Below are positions 11,438 to 25,638 of a stretch of 64,000 bases of DNA, piece by piece (positions within the stretch are counted from its first letter, which is position 1; every line of letters starts with the position of its first letter). This DNA comes from Camelus dromedarius (Eukaryota), in assembly GCF_036321535.1 (NCBI RefSeq), contig NC_087472.1:101620001-101684000 (forward strand). Reading direction: 5' to 3'. The notes under the pieces are model-generated. The model did not search any database. It worked only from the letters and a program-made list of their open reading frames with translations, and was not told the DNA's origin. Made by a program: the position numbers and the translations under genes.

Positions 11438-14400
11438 CAGCCATCTAAGCCCTGTCTGCCGCAATACTCAGGTGGCTTTCAAATCCTGGGCTCTTAGAGA
11501 AAGTAAAGGAATTCCAATTATGACAGTTGTCTGATTTAGGAATAAAGCTACCTCTGGGAAAAGCCAAGAAATTTCTATGGGGTGAAGTGGTCCTGACTTC
11601 ATAACAAGAATCAGTGAGACACCAGGAGCACAATTTAGTTTCTGGATGTCTCAGCAAGCCCCAAAGCATACCGTGCCCAACATACTGGCCACACCAGAGG
11701 CTGCCCTGCCTGCCAAAACCCAGCCCACACTGATGCCTAGGGCCTGAAATCTCATGACCCCCGCTCATGTGACCAAGGTGCAGATTTGTGTAGCAGATGC
11801 CTTAATCTGACTTCTGTTGTTTACAATTGCCATTATCCAGCACATCAATAATATTTATGATGCCCAATATTTATTGAGCAACTGCCACACACCAAAGATG
11901 GTTTGCAAAAGCTCTCACGTGTATCATCTTGACAATTGCACAAAGTAGGCACTGATAGCATCCCTCTTGTGTAGATGCCTAAACGGATCAGGGAGGCTCA
12001 GTCACTGCTGAGCTATCAGTGGTACACACTTGGCCCCAGGGCCCTGATCTTGACCATTGCTTGACCTATAACTCTGGAAGGTCCAAACACACCTCACTCA
12101 TCAGAGCAAGACTGCTTGGATTTTCTATTATTTGATTATAATTACATTTGATCACATTCTAATTCTTTGGACATTGATAATAAAGAATATAGAATATTTG
12201 GCTACTCATAAGACACTACTTACTCTTTTACCTGTGTTAGGAAACAGAACTAACTACACTGACCCTCTCAGGTGGCGTCACATGCCCTTTCTCTGAAGGC
12301 CCTATGGTTTCCAGTGCCCATTTCATCTCTATCACTGTATTGATAAAAATCAGGATCTCTCTATAAATCTGCCTATTTACTAGAAGTCTGCCGCCGGACA
12401 ACAGAGTACATTCAGGTTTCCCTCTCTGTGCCCTTCTGTGCTGGTGATATAGTGGGTTCTCCATAAATGTTTGTTGAGTGACTGAAAAGAAGAAATTAAT
12501 GCTTTCAGTAGGGTCTGGTTTTGTAACATTAGAATGTACTCTAAACCCCTATCTTTCCCATGGGCTGTGTGGGCACTGACACAGTGCTGTGCCCTCGCTG
12601 TTGGGACCTTCTCTAGGTCCTGCTGCTTGTTTCTGCTGGCCTCCCTAATGCTGGCCTCTTTCCTCTTTGCTGTATTCAGTGTGCTGCACTCTAAACCAGT
12701 ACCTGAGCACTCTTGAGCTTTCTGATTTCTGTCCATGTCTGATTAGACAGGGAGGCCCAGTGACAGGCCAAACTACTGACTTGGTCTGTGTCAGGAAAAC
12801 GTGGCAGTATTTCTCATCATCCTTTGCTTGGGATTCTTTAGACAAATGTTGATTCCCATTCACAACCAGAGGAAAGTCCTCATCCCCACGTAGGTGGTCT
12901 TTGCTAAACTGCCTCCACAGCTGTTCATCAGGAAGACTTCAAAAAAATTTTTTATTTAGTTGATTCACAATATTGCATTAGTTTCAGGTGTACAGCTTCA
13001 GATGCTTTTCCATTATAGGTTACTACAAGATATTGAATACAGTTCCCTGTGCTGTACAGTAAATCCTTGTTGTTTATCTGTTTTATATATAGTGGTATGT
13101 ATCTGTTAATCCTGTACTCCTAATTTATCCCTCATTCCTCTTCCTTCGGTAACCATAAGTTTGTTTTATATGTCTGTGTCTGTTTCTGTTTTGGAAATAA
13201 GTTGATTTGTCTTTTTTTTTTTTTAAGATTCCACATATATGTGACATATAATGTTTGCTTTCTCTTTCTGACTTAGTCATTCTGTATGATAATCTCTCAG
13301 TCTATCCATGTTGCTGCAAATGGCATTATTTCATTCTTTTTTATGGCTAATATCCCATTTTATTATATATATATCTCACAACTTCTTTATCCAGTCATCT
13401 GTCGATGGACATTTAGGTTGCTTCCATGTCTTGGCTGTTGTAAATAGTGCTGCTATGAACATTGGGGTGCATTCTTTTCAAGTTAGAGTTTTCAATTTTC
13501 TGGATTTATGCCCAGGAATGGGATTGCTGGATAATATTGTAACTCTATTTTTAGTTTTTTAAGGAACCTCCATACTGTATTACCTACTGGCTATACCAAC
13601 TTACATTCCCACCAACAGTGTAAGAAGGTTCCCTTTTTTTTTTTCACACCCTCTGCAGCATTTATTATATTGTAGACTTTTTAAATGATGGCCATTTTGA
13701 CCAGTGTGAGGTGATACCTCATTGTGGTTTTGATTTGCATTTCTCTAATAATTAGTGATGTTGAGCATCTTTTCATGTGCCTGTTGGCCATTCATATGTG
13801 CCTTCTTTTGATAAATGTCTGTTTAGGTCTTCTGCCTATTTTTTGATTGGGTTGGGTTTTTTTTGTTTTTGTTTTTGTTGTTTTTTTTTTTTTTTTTTTG
13901 TATTGAGTTGTATGAGCTGTCTGTATATTTTGGAAATTAAGCCTTTGTCAATCACATCATTTGCACATTTTTCTCCCAGTCCATAGGTTGTCTTTTCATT
14001 TTGTTGGTTTCCTTTGCTGTGCAAAAAGCTTACAAGTTTGATTAGGTCTCATTCATTTACTTTTGCTTTTATTTCTTTTGCCTTGGGAGACTGAGTGATC
14101 TAAGAAAACATTACTACGATTTATGTCTGAGGATGTTTTGCCTATGTTCTCTTCTAGGAGTTTTATGGTATCATGTCTTATATTTAAGTCTTTAAGCCAT
14201 TTTGAGTTTATTTTTATGTATGGCGTGAGGGAGTGTTCTAACTTTATTGGTTTACATGAGGCTGTCCAGCTTTCCGGACACCATTTGCTGAAAAGACCGC
14301 CTTTTTTTCATTGTATATTCTTGCCTCCTTGTTGAAGATTAATTGACTGTAGGTGTGTGGGTTTAGTTCTGGGCTCTCTATCCTGTTCCACTGATCTAAT

Positions 14401-16198
14401 GTCTGCTTTTGAGCCAGTACCACACTGTTTTCATTACTGTAGCTCTGTAGTATTGTCTGAAGTCTGGGAGGGTTATGCCTCCAGCTTTGTTCTTTTTCCT
14501 CAGAATTGCCTTGGGAATTATGAGTCTTTTATGATTTCATATAAATTTTAGGACTATTTGTTTTAGCTCTGTGAACAATGTCATGGGTTATCTGATAGGG
14601 ATCCCATTAAATCTGTAGATTGCTTTGGGTAGTATGGCCAGTTTAACAATATTGAGTCTTCCAATCCAAGAGCATGGGATATCTTTCCATTTCTTTGTAT
14701 CATCTTCAGTTTCCTTTATCACTGTTTTATAGTTCTCAGTGTATAGGTCTTTCACTTCCTTGGTTAGGTTTATTCCTAGGTATTTTATTTTTTGATGTGA
14801 TTTTAAATTGGATTTTTTAAACTTTCTTTTTTCTGCTATTTCATTGTTCATGTAAAGAAAAGCAACAGATTTCTATACATTGATCTTGCATCCTGCTACC
14901 TTGCTGAATTCATTTATTAGTTTTAATAGTTTTTGTGTGGAGTCTTTAGGGTTTTCTATATATAGTATGTCATCTGTATACAATGCTAATTTTACCTCTT
15001 CCCTTCCAATTTGGGTACCTATTATTTCTTTTTCTTGTCTGATTGCTGTGGCTAGGACTTCCAAAACTTATGTTTAATGGAAGTGGTGAGAGTGGGTATC
15101 CTTCTCTTGTTCCAGAATTTAGTGAGAAGGCTTTCAGCTTTTCACCACTGAGTATTATATTGGCTATGGGTTTGTTGTAAATGGCTTTTATGATGCTGAG
15201 AGATGTTCCCTCTATACCCAATATGGTGACAGTTTTTATCATGAATGGATGTTGAGTTTTATCAAATGTTTTGTCTACATCTATTGAGATGATTATGTGG
15301 TTTTGTCTTGTTGATGTGGTGTATCATTGATTGATTTGCATATGTGGAACCATCCTTGTGACCCTGGGATAAATCCAACATAATCATAGTGTATGATCCT
15401 TTCTATGTGTTGTTGGATTCAGTTTGCTAAATTTTTTTGAGGATTTTTGCATCTATATTCATCAATGATATTAGCCTGTAACTTTCTTTTTTTGTAGTGT
15501 ATTTGTCTAGTTTTGGTATGAGGGTGATGGTGGCTTCATAGAATGACTTTAGGAGTGTTCCCTCCTCTTCAATCCTTTTGAATAGTTTGAGAAGGATAAT
15601 CATGAATTCTTTGTCTATTTGGTAGAATTCTGCAGTGAAGCCATTTGGTCCTAGACTTTCGTCTGCAGGGAGTTTTTTTTAAATTACAGATTCTATTTCA
15701 CTTCTAGTAATTGGTCTGTTCATATTTATCTGTTTCTTGATTCAATTTTGGTAGGCTGTATATTTCTAGAAACTTGTCCATTTCCTCTAGGCTGTCCATT
15801 TTGTTGGTATACAAGTATTTTCTTATGATTTTTCTTTTTGTATTTCTCCTCAGTTATATCAGTAGTTTTTCCCTCCTCTTTCTTATTTTGTTTATTTGGG
15901 TCCTCTTTTCTTCTTGGTGAGTATGGTTACAGGTTCATCTATTTTTTTTTATCCTTTCCAAAAAACAGCTCTTGGTTTTACTGATTTTTTTGTTGTTTTT
16001 TAAATCTCTGTTTTATTTTCCTCTCTGATCTTTATTATTTCCTTCCTCTGCTGAATTTAGGTTTTGTTTGTTATTTTTCTAATTCTTTCAGGTGGTAGGT
16101 CAGATTTTTTTAGTTGAGATTCTTTTTTTTTTTGAGGAAGGCCTGTATCACTGTGAACTTCCCTCTTAGGACTCCTTTTGCTGCATCCCATAGATTTT

Positions 16199-16345
16199 TT
16201 TTTTTAAATAACTTCTTTTTTTTGGAGGGGAGGGAGGTAATTTGGTTTATCTATTTATTTATTTTTCTTATTGGAGGTACTGGAGATTGAACCCAGGACC
16301 TCATACATGCTAGGCTGGCACTCTGCCACTGAGCTATACCCTCCC
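16199..16345 (-). mobile_element. tRNA-Ala-derived camelid-type SINE (vic-1-like)
   Basis: Minus strand GGGGAGGGTATAGCTCAGTGGCAGAG...GGTTCAATCTCCAGTACCTCCA with A and B boxes and an A-rich tail. Perfect TSD cccatagatttt at 16187-16198 and 16346-16357. Confidence 0.9.
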
Positions 16346-17127
16346 CCCATAGATTTTGTATGGTTGCATTTTCATTGTCATTTGTTTGGAAGTACTTTTT
16401 GACTTCCTCTTTGATTTCACCATTGACCCATTGGTTTTCTAGTAGCATGTTGTTTAGTGTCCAGGTAATCATTATTTTCTCTCTTTCTTTTTGTGGTTGA
16501 CTTCTAGTTTCATTCTGTTGTGGTCAGAGAAGATGCTTGAGATAATTTATATCCTCTTACATTTTTTGAGGCTTGTTTTGTGTCCTAATACGTGGTCTAT
16601 CCTAGAGAATGTTCCGTGTACCCTTGAAAAGAATATATATAGTGGTTTTTTTTGGATCTAATGTCCTGTAGGTATCAATTAACTCTTAACTGTTTTGTTG
16701 TGTTCTTTAGAGTCTCTGTTGCCTTATTGATTTTCTGGCTGGAAGATCTGTCCATTGATGTCACTGGGGTGTTGAAATCTCCTTTTATTGAATTGCCATC
16801 AATTTTTTAAATATGTTAGTATGTGTGTTATGTATTTAGGTGCTCCTATATTGGGTGCATATGTTAATGAGTATAATATCATCTTCCTGTATTGATCGTT
16901 TTATCATTATGTAGTGTCCTTCTTTGTCTTTATGGCCTTTGTTTTAGTCTATTCTGTTTGATATGAGTATTGGTACTGCCACTTTCTTGTCATTTCCATT
17001 TGAATGAAGTATCGCCTTTCACCTCCTCACTTTCAGTCTATACATGTCTATTGCCCTAAAGTGGGTCTCTTAGAGGCAGCATATTATAGGTTCTTATTTT
17101 ATTATCCATTCTGACACTCTGTCTTTT

Positions 17128-18866
17128 TAAAATATTTATTCAAGTATAGTCAGTTTACAATGTTGTGTCAATTTCTGATGAACAGCACCGTGCTTCAGTC
17201 ACATAGGAAAATACATATATTCATTTTCATATTCTTTTTCACTGTAAGTTACTACAAGATATTGAATATAGTTCCCTGTGCTATACAGTATAAACTCGTT
17301 TATCTATTTTATATATAGTAGTTAGTATCTGCAAATCTCAAACTCCCAATTCATCCCTTCCCACCCCCTTCTTCCATGGTAACCAGAGTTTGTTTTCTAT
17401 GTCTGTGAGTCTGTTTCTGTTTTGTAAATAAGTTCATTTGTGTCATTTTTTAAAGTTTCCACATATAAAGGATATCATATGGTATTTTTCTTTCTCTTTC
17501 TGGCTTACTTCACTTAGAATGACATTCTCCAGGTCCATCCATCTTGCTGCAAATGGCATTATTTTATTCTTTTTTATGGCTGAGTAGTATTCTATTGTCT
17601 AAATATACCACAGCTTCATTATCCAGTCCTCTGTTGATGGACATTTAGGTTGTTTCCATGTCTTGGCTATTGTCAATAGTGCTGCTATGAACACTGGGGT
17701 GCATGTATCTCTTCAAATTAGATTTCCCTCCAGATACATGCCCAGAAGTGGGATTGCTGGATCATATGGTAAGTCTATTTTTAGTTTTTAGAGGAATCTC
17801 CATACTGTTTCCCATAAGGGCTGAACCAAACCACATTCCCACCACAGTGTAGGAGAGCTCCCTTTTCTCCACACCCTCTCCAACATTTATAGTTTGTGGA
17901 CTTTGGAATGACGGCCATTCTGACTGGTGTAAGGTGATACTTCATTGTCGTTTTGATTTGCATTTGTCTGATAATTAGAGATATTGAGCATTTTTTCATG
18001 TGCCTATTGGCCATCTGTATGTCTTCATTGGAGAATTGCTTGTTTAGGTCTTCTGTCCATTTTTGGATTGGGTTGTTTGTTTTTTTGTTATTAAGTTGTA
18101 GGATCTGTTTATATATTCTGGAAATTAAGCCCTTGTCAGTCTCATCTTTTGAAAATATTTTTTCCCATTCTGTGGGTTGTCCTTTTGCTTTGCTTATGGT
18201 TTCCTTTGCTGTGCAAAAGCTTGTAACTTTAATTAGGTCCCATTTGTTTATTTTTGCTTTTATTTCTATTGCCTGGGTAGATTGCCCTAGGAGAACATTG
18301 CTGAGATTTATGTCAGAAAATGTTTTGCCTATGTTTTCTTCTAAGAAGTTTAGTATCTTGTCTTATATTTGTCTTTAAGCCATTTTGAGTTTATTTTTGT
18401 GTATGGTGTGAGGGAGTGTTCTAACTTCATTGATTTACATGCAGCTGTCTAGTTTTCCCAACACCATTTGCTGAAGAGACTGTCTACTCCATTTTGTATA
18501 CTTTTTTGTATACTTTTGCCTCCTTTGTCAAAGATTAATTGACCAAAAGTTTGTGGGTTTATTTCTGGGCTCTCTATTCTGTACCATTGATCCATATGTC
18601 TGTTTTTGTACCAATACCATGCCGTTGATTACCGTAGCTCTGTAGTATTGTCTGAAGTCTGGGAGGGTTATTCCTCCAGCTTCATCCTTCTTCTTCAATA
18701 TTGCTTTGGCAATTTAGGGTCTTCTGTGATTCCATATAAATTTTAGGATTATTTGTTCTAGTTCTGTGAAAGATGTCCTTGGTAATTTGATAGGGATCAC
18801 ATTACATCTGTAGATGGCTTTGGGTAGTATTGCCATTTTAACAATATTAATTCTTCCAATCCAAGA
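17128..18866 (-). mobile_element. 5'-truncated LINE-1 nested in the endonuclease region of the host L1
   Basis: Second copy of the L1 3' UTR and ORF2 C-terminus (YHLTPVRMA...CWRGC). TSD-like acactct(at)gtctttt at 17114-17127 and 18867-18882. Confidence 0.9.
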
Positions 18867-21800
18867 ACACTCTATGTCTTTTGGTTGCAGCATTTAGTCA
18901 ATTGACATTCAAAGTAATTATTGATAGATTGGGATTTATTGCCATTTTAAACCTTGTTTTCCAGTTGATTTTGTATTTCTTCTTTGTTCCTTTATTCTTT
19001 TTGCTTTTCCTTTTGTGGTTTGATGGTTTTCTTTTATATTATGCTTGAATTCCTTTCTTTTGAGTTTTGTGAGTCTATTGTTTTCAAGTGTTTTAAACCA
19101 TAACTATATCTACTTGCTTTAGACTGATAGTCATGTAAGCTCAAACATATTCTAAAAGATCTATGTTTTCTTACTCATCAACCCCATTTTGTGATTTTGA
19201 TTTTCTATTTTACATCTTTATGTTTATCCTATTGCTGTTGCTTGTAGTTATAACTGCTTTCACAACATTTTTGGTTTTTGATGTATGGACTAGATTAGGA
19301 GATCCTCGATCCTTTTATATATTAGTCTTTCCTATTGTGATTTTCCCTTTCCTATAGATTCTTTCTTCTTTCTTATTAAGAGAAGACCTTTCAGTATTTC
19401 TTTTAGGATAGGTTTAGTATTGCTGTATTCTTTTAGTTTTGCTTGTCTGAGAAATTCTTTTATTACTCATTCTGTTCTAATAATCTTGCTGGGTAGAGTA
19501 TCCTAAGTTTCAGGTTTTTCCCTTTCAGGACTTTGAATATATCATGCCACTCCCTTCTGACCTGCAACCTTACTGTAGAGAAATCAGCTGATAGCCTTAT
19601 GGAGGGAGTCCCTTGTAATGGACTCGTTTTTCTCTTGTTGCCTTTAGAATCCTCTCTTATCATTCACTTTTGCCATTTAATTATATGTCTTGGTGTGGGT
19701 CTGTTTGGGTTCATCTCATTTGGGACCCTCTGTACCTGGATATGTTTCCTTCTTTAGGTTTGGGAAGTTTTTAGCTATAATTTCTTCAAATACATTTTTG
19801 ATCCCCATTTCTCCTTCTGGAATCCCTATTAGGTGTAGGTTGGCAAGCTTTATATTACCCCAGATCTCATGTTGATTTCATTTTTTAATTTGTCTTTATG
19901 TCTGCTGTTCTGATTAGGTGATTTATTATTCTAGCCAGATGACTTATTTGTTATTCTGCATTATTTAGTCTGCTAGTTACTGCCTTTAGCTCAGTTTTTA
20001 TCTTGGCAATTGAGTGGTCTAATTTTGATTGGTTCCTCTTTATGGATTCTAGTTCCTTATGACAATGATCTGCATTTCTAGTCTTTCTTAGTTTCCATAG
20101 CATTTTTATTACCTTCTTCTTGAACTTTGGGGTCTGGTAGCCTGGTGAAGTCTGTTCCATTGTTTTTTTCTTTCAGGGGATTTCTCTTTTTCTTGTAATT
20201 GGGAGTAGTTCCTCTGTTTTTTCATTTCACATTTATTTCTCTGACTATGAATTTAGGAAAAACAGTTATCTACTATGGTCTTAAAGGGTTGTTTTATGTG
20301 GGAGCATCCCTGTGTAGCGTGAGTGAGTCCAGTCTTTTTGGTGTGCGGGCTGTTTTTGGTATGGCTGCCTGCCATGTCTTTCCTTGCCATGTGCTGTCTG
20401 TTGTCCTGATGATGGGAGGTGGGATTGGTGTTGTGGTGTCCAGAGCCTGCACTGGATGTTGGGCAGGGCTTCCTCTTTGCTCTGCGGTGGTCACAGCCCT
20501 GTCAGGGGAAAGGTCTGCTCCCTATTTGTTGGAGTAGAAGCCCCCAGATTCGTTTCTGAGCTGCAGTCTGAGGTAGGTGGGACTGGAGCTGTCTGTCTGG
20601 GAAAGGAGCTGCTGTGTTCCTCCCCAAGAGCTGTACGCTGGGATGTGTGACTCTGTGACACCATTACCCACCCAGTGTGTGCGCCCACAAAATCGTTGCT
20701 GCTGGTGCTGCCCTGGGACCCATCTGCCCTGCGGGAGTGCCAGTAATTGGCTTGGGCGTCAACCGTGGCACGTGCAGTCCCAAAGTCCAGCGTGGCCAGA
20801 GCCACGCCCTGCTGTGAGCACGCTGACTAACAATCGGGCTTCCATGGTGGACCCATGCCTGCCCTTCACACATTGGTAATGGGGCTCCTATGGCAGATGT
20901 GCACTCTGTCTTAGGCACATCCCTGCTTGTAGTCCAAACCACATTCCAGGCACTTCAGGCTGTCTCCATGCAACGAAACCAAGTCCTCTCCCCACGTCTG
21001 TTCCCTGAAGCCCAAGTTTCAGCACCTAGCCGGTGCACATACTAGCAGGCGTGTGGTGACTTGGCAGCCGTCAGTGCCCGTCTCTCTCTACCCTGCCTAG
21101 CAGCAAGCTGGCCTGGGAACAGTTTTCTTGGGCAAATTCCAGGCCCTTGCAGCCCCCGCCCCCGCCCCCGCCCCTGCTGATCTCCCAGCCAGTGAAGGGG
21201 GTTCCCAAGGTAGGGAACCTTTCCTCTTTCACAGCTCCCTCCCAGGGGCACAGATTCCCTCTCCATTCCTTTTTTTTTTTGTTTACTCCTACTTGGTTAT
21301 GTGGAGGTCTTGTGTGCAGCGTTGGTTGTATGAGATCTTTTGCCAGCTTTCAGTAGGTATTCTGTGAGAATTGTTCCAGATATAGATGTGTTTTTTATGT
21401 ATTTGTGGGGGGGAGGTGAGCTCCATGTCTTTCTGCTCTGCTGTCTTGATCTCCCTCCCATGAAGACTTTTTGAGATAAACGTCTTGCATGTTAAAGTAC
21501 ACACCTCCAGCTACCCTCATTTTTCTCTGCATGTCAATTAGTGGGCTTTTCGAAATGGGCAGCATAAGGAAAAGCTTTTACATTCTTAAATTCATAACAA
21601 AGAATAAAATATAGGTGTCACTGGTTAGGAAAAGGTGGAAGGAAGGGAGGAGTCTGGAAGCAGACATCAATTTAATTTCCCCTATAGTTGCTCCCCTGCT
21701 CCACTTCCTAGTACGTCTCTTTCATCTGCCCCAGGCCAGGAGCGGGCAGGTAGATTAATGGCTCTCTAATACTTCTTTCTGGTGGTGGGGTGTGGAGAAC

Positions 21801-22505
21801 ATTTGTCTGCTAGAGTCTGAAACTGCAGTAGACTCTTGTTCGTTATTCCCTTAGACCCCCGGTCCTGAAACTTGAAAGGAAACAAAATAGAAATCTCTTT
21901 TTATAGCCTCTAGTAATCACTCTCTCGCCATCTTACAAACAAATAGTGGCATCACTTCAAGCCATTATTGGCTCTGAGCATGAAGAACTGCTAAGAAAAA
22001 AGGGAAAAAAAGAGGAAGCAGATTCTAAATATCTTGAAATCCATTACAGTGCTGCTTCCTCTGAGGAGCCTTCCCTGAAGTGCTGCAGTGTGATTAGTGC
22101 CTTTCCTCTGAGCTCGCATATCATGGTGTTGAAATTACCTGCTTACTTGCTGGTCTCCCTCACTAGACAAGGAGTAACTTGTGGGCAAGGACCACATGCT
22201 GTGGCTCTCTGAAGCCTAGGTTTGGCACAATGTCTGGCCCTCAGTAGACTTTGTTGAGGGGTTTACTATTGAGCATATCTTGAAGGCAGCCAATTTCTAG
22301 ATTCTGATCTCAGTCCCCTCGCTCCCTCCTTATAAAGCCTCATCTCCAAAAGGAGAACAGTGTTGCCGCCACCACAGCTTCACTTGTCTGTGCTTCATTA
22401 TCCACTCCCTCCTGGTGGAAGCCAGGATATTCCAGCTGTCCAAATACAGACCCCACAGGGAAGCTCATTTGCCGAGCAAGGCCTTGTCTGAGAGGGTATC
22501 AGTCA

Positions 22506-22522
22506 TGGCCACCAGGTGGCAG
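22506..22522 (+). promoter_or_regulatory. CTCF motif, forward
   Basis: TGGCCACCAGGTGGCAG closely fits the CTCF core consensus. Confidence 0.6.
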
Positions 22523-24112
22523 AAGTGGTATTCTGCTGAATGCACTGCTAAGCTACTGTTTCTTGGACAAGGCTAAAAAAAAAAAAGTCACTTTCTAATT
22601 TTAATTCTACACTGCATGTTTTTAATTTTGTGATGCCTATAATTCCTGTTTATGGCTCTCTGCAGTGCTATTAAAACTACTACACCCAAGATTTGCTATT
22701 GAGACAACCACAAAGCAAGGCAGTCTGTGGAGGGCAGGATGCAGCTCCTCTGTCTTCCTTCCAAACCCTGGGGGGCCCCATATCCTTCTCTCAGCCCCCA
22801 GGAGGAAGTTGTGAGAAAATTGATATTGGCACTTGCTGTTCCTCAGTTCTGCTATTAAGTCCAAACCTGACAACGCGGTGAAATGTGATAGCTTACGAGG
22901 AGCTTAATGTTATCTGGTTGAATCTGGAAAAATCTAATCAGAGATGACTTATGAATAATAATTCAGGGATAAAAATAATTATGTCTAAAGGGCTAATGTT
23001 ACTCAAGCTCTCTAATGATGGGCTCAGAGAAGGTATTTAGTGAGAATGATCGGATTCCTCTGTCGTCATTTTGTGCCCTCAGAGCTCAACCTGTTTCCTG
23101 CCAAATTGGATTCAGTTGCACAGTCACTGAGGACCTACTATTTGTCAGGTGCGTGCTAACTGCTTTGAGTTAAAAGAAAAAATGATAAGATCTCACCCTT
23201 GCCTGCGAGTTGCTCATGGATTAATGGTAGAAGACAGGCCCGTAAGTGGTTAGTTATGATGCAAGCGTCCAAGTGGCACTGCAGGGTGGGAGGATGCAGG
23301 GGCTGTTAGGGGCAGGGCACCTGCCTAATCCAGGCTGCAAAGGAACAGTAAGTGTGTTAAGGACGATTTCTGGAAGGTGGCTGGTACTAAAAGTTTGGTA
23401 AAGAACTTTTTCAGCCAACTATAGGATCAACGTGAATAGTAGGAATACCAGAGACAGGTCTGGAGGATACTGACTGTCATTCTTCATTGTAAGTGTGACA
23501 GTATCTGCTCCTAAGAACCAAGGGGAATTTTTGGAAACAGTTGCATTAAGGATGTTAGTAGGTTAGCTCTTTCATTAAAGGGGAAAAGGACAAGGGATGG
23601 GCAGAAGGGAGAAGTCAGATGTGTAAGAAAAAAGCTGAAAACAGCATTTGTAATTTTATTTCACTTGAATTCTAATACTTTAGCGGAATACCATTCCTTA
23701 AAGGAACATAGGGAATTTGGAACAAAGACATTGAATGTACAGACCCCATGTGTCTCCATAGCAAAAATCTAAAGCCAAAAAAGATGGCATGTCAATGTGT
23801 GACACAATGTAGAGGGCTCTAAAAGGGCGATGCCAGTGTTTAGTCTCCTTGCCCTAATTAGAATGGCTTTAAGGCACTAAAAAGTAACCAGTGGAAAAGA
23901 AGGCCTGTCTCTGGCTTTCTCAGGACTGAGAAAGAACTAGAAATATTTATTTCCTTAGGACACAGAGTACGGTGAGGAGGAAAAGAGCTCTGGCTGGGGT
24001 CTGCAGGTGTGGTTCTGGGTCCTGGCACGGGACCCAACCTACTGTGTACGACCCTCAGTAAGTTTCCTGACCTCTCTAGGCCTCTACGTGCTCTGCTATA
24101 GAATGGACCAGA

Positions 24113-24650
24113 TCACTGGTTCTCAGAAGGAGCAGAAGAGCCCCTGGGGGAAGGTTCTAGCTGTTAGACGACTGGGTTGGAGCCAAGGATGCCAGCCATC
24201 CTACAATGCATGGGACAGTCCTGAAGAATGACACAGTGCCCCAGGTCCCACAAATAACCCACCTGAATTTCTTGTAAGGGAAAAGCCTGGAACCTACTTC
24301 TGAGTCAAACCTAATTCTCTCTTAATTATAATCCAAAGAGGTGTTTTTTTTTTGGCCCATGTTTAATATGTGCCAAATGCACCAGTTTCTATCCTCCTGA
24401 CCCTTGACTCCTTCATTTCTACTTTTTGTTCAGAATGACTTCTGTCTTTACTTCACGCAAACCTATGATAAGTACCAACATCTGACTGCTTTGTTACATC
24501 TTCTAGGACAGCCGTGCCTGGGGTTTGCATATTGTAAATATTATAAATAATTTTCCTTTTAAATTCTATTATCATATTCAGGCCATAATGCTATTTTAAA
24601 TTATATCAATAAGCAGGTTATATTACCCATGAATTTCATTCCAGGGTGGA
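24113..24650. mobile_element. hAT-Charlie (MER20/MER3-like) remnant
   Basis: cactggttctc start and catcctacaatgcatgggacagtcc motif. Confidence 0.45.
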
Positions 24651-24775
24651 AAAGGGAGTATTTCAAAGTACTTGCTCTAAGAAGGGGAGGCGTTGGGACC
24701 AATGGGACAGGGCACAACCTCTGGATGGGACAAGCCCTAAGTTCTCTCCCCGAAAAGCCCCCACAGCCAGGATCA

Positions 24776-24967
<192 letters not shown>

Positions 24968-25638
24968 TCAGTAGCTTTAAATTGTGCATCTGGCAGACCC
25001 CGGGGTGGGGAGGGGGCCGAGGAAGGAGTCTGGGTGGAGTAGAAACCCAGACTGCTGCATTCACATGAGGAACTCACTAAAGGCTGGAGAGAGGTTTGAA
25101 GTTTACAGTACAGCTAGGGCCAACCTTTGCCCCCAGGCCAAGGGATGGGAGACCCCCCCGGATACCAACCACCAGCCCGTGACCAGCCAGCTCCCTCTCC
25201 ACACCTTCACGTCTCAGCCACCTTTCAGAGCACTGCTCAGCCTCCCCAGTTTCGCCCAGGTAAGAGCACAAGCATTAAAGAACCCACTATGGGGTGATGG
25301 GTGTCAGGTGAAGGAAACCACAGAGCTAGTGAGGAGAGGGAGACAGTCCTTGCGACTCATTCAAGAGATCAAGGAAAGAGCGTTGAACCCATTATGTCTT
25401 CTCCATGGACACACTGGGCCTAGGATGGAGATCACCAGTGAGTCAGAGACAAATTCTTGTGGAAGGAGTGGTTCCTAAAAACCACTGCACAGAGGAACTC
25501 CTGAGCACCTGGGCAGCCTGCCGGCCTCAGGGAGGGCAAGAATGGGCCCAGACTGCTTTACCCTCCAGACCAGCCCCACCCTGCTTCTCTCTCCCTCGTA
25601 TGGAAGGATGGATGTATCCTCTCCACCTCTCCTCAGAA

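Larger units (their letters stand above)
12940..21458 (-). mobile_element. Full-length decayed LINE-1 in NHS intron 2, with nested insertions
   Basis: 3' tail near 12945, ORF2 remnants up to the ATG at 18945, ORF1 remnants about 19440-20250, 5' UTR to about 21458. Probable TSD ca(g/t)gaagactt at 12929-12939 and 21459-21469. Confidence 0.9.
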
